DNA of 64,000 nucleotides, from NCBI GenBank assembly GCA_051546255.1, contig CP128815.1, positions 744,001 through 808,000 of the forward strand. The letters run 5' to 3'. The notes below the pieces were generated by a model, which was not told the origin of the DNA, did not search any database, and saw only the letters and a list, made by a program, of their open reading frames with translations. The DNA comes from Meyerozyma guilliermondii. Taxonomy: Eukaryota. The stretch's first letter is position 1. Each line of letters opens with the position of its first letter. Below are positions 56,800-64,000 of this stretch, piece by piece. The position numbers and the translations under genes were made by a program.

Positions 56800-58407
56800 C
56801 TAACTGCCGGCCACACCATTTTTGGCCATGTCAACAATCGCGTAGATATTCAATGCCAGCACAAAGAGCCAGATGGCAAAGACAATGATGGATGTGAGCC
56901 AATTGTTGTGTAGATATTTGTATTTTACTTCGTCTTCATCATCTGACTGCATCTCCTTGGGTAATGGCACTTTCATGATGGACTTTTTGCATGTAAAGTA
57001 GATAAGAGGAGCCGTTAATGGGGGAAGAAGAATGGAAATCACAACCTGTGAAACGTTCAAGGCGAGTCCCAAACCGGACCGTCCAATACCAACAGAAATG
57101 GCCAAACAAGGTATAATTGAGATGGCTCTTGTCACTAGTCTTCTCACCCATGGTTTAAGCTTCCAATTGATATGGCCCTCACTTACCATTTGTCCAGCAA
57201 TAGTACAGACGATACCAGCACTTTGACCACTGAAAAGCAACGCAAGCATGAAAACTGTGCCTACAACAGGTGCCAAATTTTTGGAGAGCAATGCATGAAT
57301 AGTGTACAAGTCGGCATCGATGGCTTCTGGGGTATCGTTGAGGGTAACTCCAGCCACCACCAAGATAGCCGAGTTGACGAAAAGTGCAAATGTGAAAAGC
57401 GTAACCACAAGTTCAATAATTGAGTATTTCAACGAGTATTGAATTGATTGGTACGATGGTTTGTAACTCTTGTAAAAGAAGAGAGCTTCTTTGTCGATAC
57501 GAGTAGTTTTAACTCTGGTAGACGATTTTTCTGAGACGGTATCTGCTGTAGTTTCGTCCTCAGAACATACCAGATCAAGATCCACAAGACCGTGGGTTAC
57601 ATCGTACTCTCTCAATCTAGGCTGAACGAGACCAGAACCCAAAAATAATGAGTGTACCATAACTGTGGATCCAATGATACCAGTAGCAATGGTCAAGCCA
57701 CTTCCCTGGACCATTTCTTTCGAAGGAGCATAACCTCTGAAGATCTCACGAACCATTTCTGAAGTGACTGGTAAATGGGCAATTTCCACTGCGAAGCAAA
57801 CCACCACGGCCACCACAAGACAAGCAACTGCATACTCAAACATCTTGACAAACTTGGTAGAGGAAGTGTCGTTGCGATACGCCATTAGCACAAATAAAAC
57901 GTCCACTATTGTAATTACCACGCCTGCTGGAAGTGGAATTTTAAGAAGAATATTAAGGGCAATAGCTGAACCTATAACTTCAGCCACATCAGTTGCAATG
58001 ATTGCACTTTCCGCAAGGATCCAGAGAATGATATTGAGCCACTTGGGAAGGTATTCTCGACAACAACGGGCAAGATCGTAGCCGGTTACTGAGCCCAACT
58101 TGATGCATAAACTTTGAAGAAAAATGGCAATGATATTGGAAATTAGAACGATGAATAAAAGGGAGAATCTGTTGGAGGCACCAGCTGTTATACCTGTGGC
58201 ATAGTTACCTGGGTCCATATATGCCACTGAAACCATGATACCAGGTCCTATAAACGACCCATACTTTCTAAGTATTGTGAATGATTTTTGTCTGAGATTC
58301 TTCCATTTTGAGTTTTGAGTTACGGAATGGAAACTATCTATTTCCGATCCATAGAGTGAGCCACTAGCAGTCCTTCTTCTGTGTAGCTCGCCAGAAGCGT
58401 CAGACAT
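56800..58407 (-). CDS. NRAMP divalent metal transporter (Smf1-like)
   Basis: VAYMDPGNY, AIIATDVAEVIG, SGQSAGIVCTIAGQMVSEG; the SMF paralog could not be resolved. Confidence 0.92.
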   Translation of the reverse strand: MSDASGELHRRRTASGSLYGSEIDSFHSVTQNSKWKNLRQKSFTILRKYGSFIGPGIMVSVAYMDPGNYATGITAGASNRFSLLFIVLISNIIAIFLQSLCIKLGSVTGYDLARCCREYLPKWLNIILWILAESAIIATDVAEVIGSAIALNILLKIPLPAGVVITIVDVLFVLMAYRNDTSSTKFVKMFEYAVACLVVAVVVCFAVEIAHLPVTSEMVREIFRGYAPSKEMVQGSGLTIATGIIGSTVMVHSLFLGSGLVQPRLREYDVTHGLVDLDLVCSEDETTADTVSEKSSTRVKTTRIDKEALFFYKSYKPSYQSIQYSLKYSIIELVVTLFTFALFVNSAILVVAGVTLNDTPEAIDADLYTIHALLSKNLAPVVGTVFMLALLFSGQSAGIVCTIAGQMVSEGHINWKLKPWVRRLVTRAISIIPCLAISVGIGRSGLGLALNVSQVVISILLPPLTAPLIYFTCKKSIMKVPLPKEMQSDDEDEVKYKYLHNNWLTSIIVFAIWLFVLALNIYAIVDMAKNGVAGS

Positions 58408-58745
58408 GGTGAAGATAAAAATGGAGGACTTGGCAACTTATATAACCTCTGAAGTTATCTGGGCGCGGTTTTAAGTTACGAGAAGGACTGCAGGGAAGGA
58501 ATAGGGCCGGGAGGAAGGAAGAGGAGATACTAGTCAATGCACCTGCTAACATGCAAAATGAGTTCCACTTGCTGTTTCTACTTTAGGCTGTTGCCGGCTG
58601 CTAGGCTAAATATAGCTTAATCCTACAAAGTATCGTACGATACCTTTATGGTTTGAAACCTCTATTGGCTATTTTTCATCTACAAGCCGCATGTCGGGCG
58701 AATACGGAGTATGCAAGATTACATCTTGAGCCTCCTATATCTAGT

Positions 58746-59483
58746 CTAGTTCTCGATGTAGTCCTTGATATTGGCGCCACCTGCATTGACAATGGCTTTT
58801 GTCTTGGCAAAAATATCGGCAAAACTGTTGAACTCGGTGTATGGTATGCCTTCCCTGATACAATATTTGATCAAATCTTTTCCATGTTTGGCAAATAAAA
58901 GGTCGGTTTCCTTTGCTGCTGACAAGTCACTGACTCCGTCTCCGCAATAGAACATCAATGGCAATTTGGAAGAATCAGTGTATCCATTCTTGGCCAAATA
59001 CTCTCTAATAGACTTGGATTTATCATGACCAAAATCCGATTCTGGATCTTTGTAAATGATTTCCCAGCCACCAGGAGCACTAGGATGGTTCTCTACAACA
59101 TCATTGGACATGATTTCAATGTTTTTGATTGCCTCTTCTCCAACAAGATTTTCCAACAAGGCATAAATGATGGGCTTCATTCCTGAACTCACAACAATCA
59201 CAGGAATTCCCTCGGCAGCACACCATTGGTAAAATTCCTTGAACCCCGGGTCCAACTTGATGTGTTTGAGCAAGTATTCAATACACTCTGGAAACGGAGT
59301 GGTAATCGAATCCAACATCTTTCTAAATCCATCACGAAATGAAATCTTTCCATCTAAAATGTCATCATTAATCTCTAATCTCTTGGGCCTGCCAAATCCA
59401 ATGTTCTCCGTGAGGTAGTCATTGGAGTCCTGTAATGTCACGGTACCGTCCCAGTCGGTGAACACAATTGCGGGTGGAGTCAT
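58746..59483 (-). CDS. PYP1: HAD-family phosphatase, polyol-phosphate phosphatase (YNL010W-like)
   Basis: FTDWDGTVTLQDSND, VSSGM, FGHDKS, YCGDGVSDLSAAKETDLLFAK. Confidence 0.88.
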   Translation of the reverse strand: MTPPAIVFTDWDGTVTLQDSNDYLTENIGFGRPKRLEINDDILDGKISFRDGFRKMLDSITTPFPECIEYLLKHIKLDPGFKEFYQWCAAEGIPVIVVSSGMKPIIYALLENLVGEEAIKNIEIMSNDVVENHPSAPGGWEIIYKDPESDFGHDKSKSIREYLAKNGYTDSSKLPLMFYCGDGVSDLSAAKETDLLFAKHGKDLIKYCIREGIPYTEFNSFADIFAKTKAIVNAGGANIKDYIEN

Positions 59484-60054
59484 TGTAGGTTTGAGCGTAG
59501 ATTCCCCGAATATTTCGGCGACCCTACATGATAGTTACGTAAGCGCGCCGTATATCAACGCGCTCGGTATTCCGGAGCATGTGGACGGCACCCGTGCACC
59601 AAAACCATCAAAAACAACCATACAAGTAAAGGAAATGTAGGTGTACTTGCGTCATGTGCTTTCAAGCTTAGCGTAGGCTCAAGCCTTCTCCCTAAAATAT
59701 TGCGCGTCCGGTTTGTCAGCATGTGTTTCCGTCGATTGCCGACACCCAGACACCCGCGGCCACAACAGCAATTGAAAATGTCGCGAGCTAAAGGCATCGT
59801 TAATAAAGGATTTGATCCAGATATTGACGAAGTTGTTTGATTATTGTCAAGTTCTGGACTTTCCACTTCGTTAGATTTTTGTTCCGTTGACTGCTTCCTC
59901 GCCATCCTATAGTCTTGGTTATACTACTGTGATAAGCATTGTCTGTTTGGTATAGTTGCTTTTTGTCTCAGATTTATAAGATCGGAATCCGAGGTTAAAA
60001 TCTATCGTTAACTAATTTTCACGGTGATAACCACATTACTCAGCGCTAAGAACC

Positions 60055-61698
60055 ATGTTTGAAAACCTTAAGGCGTTTATTAGACATGGCAAACAGGCCA
60101 ATGAGTTGAAGAGAAAAGAAGATCCCACCTTTTCAACCAAATTTGATGGCGATGGTCTTGTGGACATATCCAATCTTCCCTCGCTGGCTGTGGATGCGGA
60201 TGGAGTTCAGATTCGTGATGTTAGAATGAGAACCGTGAGTGAAGCTGACTTGACCTCGGCTACTGCTACTTTGACCGATACCAATCCCAAAGAAACCAAG
60301 GATTATTCTCAGGTTGCTTCGCAGATCGTGGAACAGGAGAACCTTCAGAAGGAGCAGCGCAAGAACGAAAAGTATCCTGGTCTCGAGAGATATGAAATCT
60401 TGGATCAAATGGGTGAAGGTGCGTTCTCTGTGGTTCATAAGGCTAAACAACTTGATACTGGTAATTACGTTGCAGTCAAGATCTTGAGAAAATTCCAGAT
60501 GGACCAGGCTCAGAAACAGGCTGTTTTGAAGGAAGTGACCATCTTGAGACAATTGGATCACCCCAATATTGTCCTGTTTGTTGAGTTTATCGATTCTGAG
60601 CCATACTATTATATTGTCCAGGAGTTGGCTGCTGGTGGTGAGATCTTCACTGCTATCGTCAACTACACCTATTTTTCAGAAGACTTGTCCCGTCATGTTA
60701 TCACCCAAGTTGGTAAAGCACTAAAGTATTTGCATGAGGAAGTTGGCATTGTACATCGAGACATAAAGCCAGAAAATTTGCTCTACACACCTATTGAATT
60801 CCGTCCCAGTATGAACCCTATCTCGAAGTTACGCAAATCCGATGACCCAGCTACTAAGCGAGACGAAGGAGAATTTGTACAAGGCGTTGGAGGCGGCACC
60901 ATTGGTTTAGTTCAATTGGCAGATTTCGGGTTATCCAAACAGATTTGGGAACATAATACGAAAACGCCGTGTGGAACTGTTGGATATACCGCACCAGAAA
61001 TCGTTAGAGACGAAAAGTATTCGCGTGAGGTAGATATGTGGGCTCTTGGGTGTGTATTGTACACTTTACTTTGTGGATTTCCTCCATTTTACGATGAGAG
61101 AATCGAGACTTTGACTGAAAAAGTGGCCAAGGGAGAGTATACGTTTTTGGCTCCATGGTGGGACGAAATCTCGACCGAGGCCAAATACTGTGTTTCAAGG
61201 CTATTAACAGTTGACCCTAACCAACGTTACTCCATTTCTGAGTTTTTGAACGATCCATGGATATTGAAGGGTACTACCAAAGAGACCATGCCCCCACCCA
61301 AGAAGTTACATACCAGTGAAAAGAAGGCAACGCATCCGGTGCAAGCTATCAACAGTCGTTATTCTAAGAAGTTCATGAAGAACGACGTCTATTCGCCAGC
61401 AGCGGTAGCAATGAGAGATGCTTTTGACATTTCTACCGCAGTCCATAGAATGGGAGAGGAAAAGAATTTCTCATCACGAATGAATGCCTCGGTTATAGGT
61501 GATCTCGTTGAAGAAGAGGAGGAAGATAATGAGGAGCTTGTGGATAGACTGGGCCGGGTTGTACGCGATGCAGAACAAATGCCTCGTCATCAGCATAAGC
61601 ATGCTCCAAAGCAAGCAAATAATTTGTTTGATTTAGACTTGGGTGGTGCGTCGATATTAGAGAGGAGAAAACAGAAGCAGGTCCCTGTAAAGATCTAA
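60055..61698 (+). CDS. RCK2: MAPK-activated CaMK-like kinase Rck2
   Basis: MFENLKAFIRHGK, GEGAFS, HRDIKPENLL, insertion ending DEGEFVQGVGGGTIG, TKTPCGTVGYTAPE. Confidence 0.93.
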   Translation: MFENLKAFIRHGKQANELKRKEDPTFSTKFDGDGLVDISNLPSLAVDADGVQIRDVRMRTVSEADLTSATATLTDTNPKETKDYSQVASQIVEQENLQKEQRKNEKYPGLERYEILDQMGEGAFSVVHKAKQLDTGNYVAVKILRKFQMDQAQKQAVLKEVTILRQLDHPNIVLFVEFIDSEPYYYIVQELAAGGEIFTAIVNYTYFSEDLSRHVITQVGKALKYLHEEVGIVHRDIKPENLLYTPIEFRPSMNPISKLRKSDDPATKRDEGEFVQGVGGGTIGLVQLADFGLSKQIWEHNTKTPCGTVGYTAPEIVRDEKYSREVDMWALGCVLYTLLCGFPPFYDERIETLTEKVAKGEYTFLAPWWDEISTEAKYCVSRLLTVDPNQRYSISEFLNDPWILKGTTKETMPPPKKLHTSEKKATHPVQAINSRYSKKFMKNDVYSPAAVAMRDAFDISTAVHRMGEEKNFSSRMNASVIGDLVEEEEEDNEELVDRLGRVVRDAEQMPRHQHKHAPKQANNLFDLDLGGASILERRKQKQVPVKI

Positions 61699-61764
61699 GT
61701 TTTTTATAGCGTAATAGTTATGTGGTACGATTACTATATTCGATTCTTGGCTTTTAGTCTTGGA

Positions 61765-61816
61765 TTTCGCAGCTTTAATTTTCAACTTTCGCAGCTTTAT
61801 TTCGCAGCTGCGAAAT
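61765..61816. repeat. Three direct TTTCGCAGCT copies, the last inside an 18-bp perfect palindrome
   Basis: Copies at 61765, 61787 and 61800; ATTTCGCAGCTGCGAAAT at 61799-61816. Confidence 0.85.
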
Positions 61817-61852
61817 TTCTTATCTCGTGGATCCATTCAGCTTGTCGTAGCT

Positions 61853-64000
61853 ATGAGTAGCTTAGGAGATAAGGGGGTTGAACAGTATACGGTGCACCCA
61901 CAGATTATACATTTCCATTCCGATCATCTTGGAAAATTTTCCTCTCTTCAAAATCAAGTGGTCGTCTCTGAAAAACCGAAGGCAACCAAAAAGCGAAGGC
62001 TTAGAAATGACCTTATTATAGAAGATAGACATTATCAAGGGCTAGAGAACTACTATTCACCAGACGAAACCTCGAAAGAAGAAGAACCAGAATATGAAAG
62101 TGACCGATGGATATCTTTATCTCATCGAAGTATACTGGTACTTGCCGACTCACCCATCGATTTATCTCAGTATACTGAGTTCAACCCTAACAACTTTTCA
62201 ACCTTAGAGCAAGACATTTATGAGCTCAAAACGAACCATATCAAACTAAGCGCGGATAAGACGGGAGAGTTGCTTTATCTCAATTCTACAACACTTCCTT
62301 CACTTCGATCCGATACCCTTTTGTCATTAAATTTCACACACAAAGACCTAATTCCTATCAAAGCAGAACTTGATATTTTGTGTCTTCCTGCCTCCCGTTT
62401 AAAGTATCCTCATATAGACGTCAAAGGACCTCACTTTCAATTGACTTTCAATGTCCCTGACAACAAAATCACTATAAACTTCGATTATCATATCAGCATT
62501 AGGGAGTCAATAACGTCATTCTTTCCCCCTGAAATTCTGAACAAATTTTCACCATTGATACTGCTAGTATCCACTACTAGACCAACTCAATTTGAAGCTT
62601 CTCATCAATATGAGCAACTAGCTGACGAGCCGATCAACCCAGAATTGTTTTATAAAACGGTTGCTACTCACGCATCGAGGTTACCGCCGGTTACGCAGGA
62701 CTTTGATATTCCAGAGCTTGAAACCAACTTACTCCCATTTCAGAAGAAAACGGTGGGGTGGCTCTTACAACGAGAAAATGTTGTGTATGACTGGGAGACG
62801 AACCGATGTATTCCGGTGAAACTTATTTCTGATTCCTTTTATGCCAGTTTAGAGGCAGTGTTGAAGGATGGAAGTACTACAGGCGAAGAAATTGATAACC
62901 AAACCTCGGAATTTTTAAACAAAATATGTTTCGGGTGGATTCGAATAACTTTTCATGAAGAAACTTTCTGGTTTAATAGCTTCACGGGCAATTTGTGCTC
63001 GTCCAAAAGAATGTGTCAACATTTAGTGACAACATACCAGTACCTCGAACTGAAAAGGCAACAATATTCACCAGCGAAAGGTTTATTGGCGGAAGAGATG
63101 GGATTAGGGAAGACCGTAGAGGTCGCTGCCTTGAGTCTATTGCATAGACGTTCCCTAGAAGATCTCAACGAACCAATAGAGATTAGATTACGTTCATATG
63201 GTGATCTCAAGACTGTCATTAAGGCCAAAACCACTTTGGTGGTTGCTCCTGATTCTATATTAAAGCAGTGGGTCGAGGAAGTAATGCGCTTAGCTCCTTC
63301 GTTGGCTGTCACAGTTTATCAAGGAGTTGACAAGTACCCCCGGTTGAGAGGAAATGCAGGTATGATTGCGGAATATCTTCGTCGATTCGATATTGTGTTC
63401 ACGACTTACACCATGATTTCAAAAGAGCTCGACTATGCTTTATACTCTGCTCGTAACAAACCTACACGAACAGCATCCAAACGAAAATCCATGGTGAATG
63501 AGGCGGTTGACTCTAAGCTGTCTGTGGATCCAGGAAGAGAGGAACTTCTTCAAAAATACACTGCCATGTTTCAACTTACTATTAGAACCGAGAAACCAAA
63601 AGTTGCAAATCTAAAGTCGGGTGATGACGCAGAGACAGATTACGAAAAGGCATTGCAAGATGAGCTAGAACTTTCTATCGAGCATAACAACATACCTGAC
63701 ATTTACAGAAACCAAGAATACCAGTCTCCGTTGATGTTATCTCAATTTTGGAGAGTTGTATTAGATGAGGTTCAAATGGTGTCTTCGAAGTTTTCCCGGG
63801 CGTTTCAAAGTGCTGCCCTAATTCCACGATTTCATGCCTGGGGTGTATCAGGAACTCCCATTAAAAAAGATTTCAATGATTTGCATTCCATTCTCAAGTT
63901 TTTGAAGCTCGATCCTTTTGTGGGTGAGTTAGCGAAAAACTCGTGGGCTAGAATAACTTCGAAATATGAGCCAAACGCTAACGAATCTTTCGTGTCGCTC
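61853..64000 (+). CDS. IRC20: SNF2-family helicase / probable RING E3 ligase Irc20 (SHPRH-like), 3'-truncated by window edge
   Basis: Not in ORF track. ATG 61853 (MSSLGDKG) is in frame with LLPFQKKTVGWLLQRE, GLLAEEMGLGKT (about 63080-63115), FWRVVLDEVQMV and AWGVSGTPI. The RING would lie beyond the window. Confidence 0.85.
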   Translation, partial: MSSLGDKGVEQYTVHPQIIHFHSDHLGKFSSLQNQVVVSEKPKATKKRRLRNDLIIEDRHYQGLENYYSPDETSKEEEPEYESDRWISLSHRSILVLADSPIDLSQYTEFNPNNFSTLEQDIYELKTNHIKLSADKTGELLYLNSTTLPSLRSDTLLSLNFTHKDLIPIKAELDILCLPASRLKYPHIDVKGPHFQLTFNVPDNKITINFDYHISIRESITSFFPPEILNKFSPLILLVSTTRPTQFEASHQYEQLADEPINPELFYKTVATHASRLPPVTQDFDIPELETNLLPFQKKTVGWLLQRENVVYDWETNRCIPVKLISDSFYASLEAVLKDGSTTGEEIDNQTSEFLNKICFGWIRITFHEETFWFNSFTGNLCSSKRMCQHLVTTYQYLELKRQQYSPAKGLLAEEMGLGKTVEVAALSLLHRRSLEDLNEPIEIRLRSYGDLKTVIKAKTTLVVAPDSILKQWVEEVMRLAPSLAVTVYQGVDKYPRLRGNAGMIAEYLRRFDIVFTTYTMISKELDYALYSARNKPTRTASKRKSMVNEAVDSKLSVDPGREELLQKYTAMFQLTIRTEKPKVANLKSGDDAETDYEKALQDELELSIEHNNIPDIYRNQEYQSPLMLSQFWRVVLDEVQMVSSKFSRAFQSAALIPRFHAWGVSGTPIKKDFNDLHSILKFLKLDPFVGELAKNSWARITSKYEPNANESFVSL

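Noticed and set aside
59555..59905. 116-aa ORF in the PYP1/RCK2 divergent spacer
   Set aside because: No recognisable family or coding-like composition, and it lies in probable promoter DNA

Overview
Gene-dense, nearly intron-free nuclear chromosome segment of a budding yeast. It uses the CUG-Ser (translation table 12) code, since CTG codons fall at Ser/Thr positions in several conserved proteins, which places it in the CTG/Serinales clade; the species cannot be fixed from this window. It holds about 38 protein genes, mostly housekeeping: partial RMD8, GUS1, a DHA1 MFS transporter, RTC3, a RhoGEF, RQC1, MSC7, VMA10, SWR1, complex I NDUFB8, NAM8-like, CMG1, MED4, HEM15, ALE1, an MDR reductase, YCS4, TAF4, RCL1, TOR, ARP3, CCT5, LIA1, RPA12, KHA1, a flavin reductase-like gene, DQD1, ADD66, an AFT-type TF, MNP1, RPB9, TPK2, an SMF NRAMP, PYP1, RCK2 and partial IRC20. 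There is also one tRNA-Glu(UUC). RMD8 and IRC20 are cut by the window edges and are missing from the ORF track. No transposon or CRISPR was seen. The strongest observation is that the otherwise well-conserved TOR kinase has four clustered substitutions at ATP-pocket positions (mTOR L2185, Y2225, I2237 and V2240 equivalents), which suggests a natively remodelled, possibly inhibitor-resistant TOR. Other leads are tRNA-Glu immediately beside its own synthetase, a small unnamed mitochondrial protein sharing a Hap CCAAT site with its complex I neighbour, a 1.5 kb ORF-poor gap with splice-like signals, and a recurrent TTTCGCAGC promoter motif. All homolog comparisons are from recall; no search was run.
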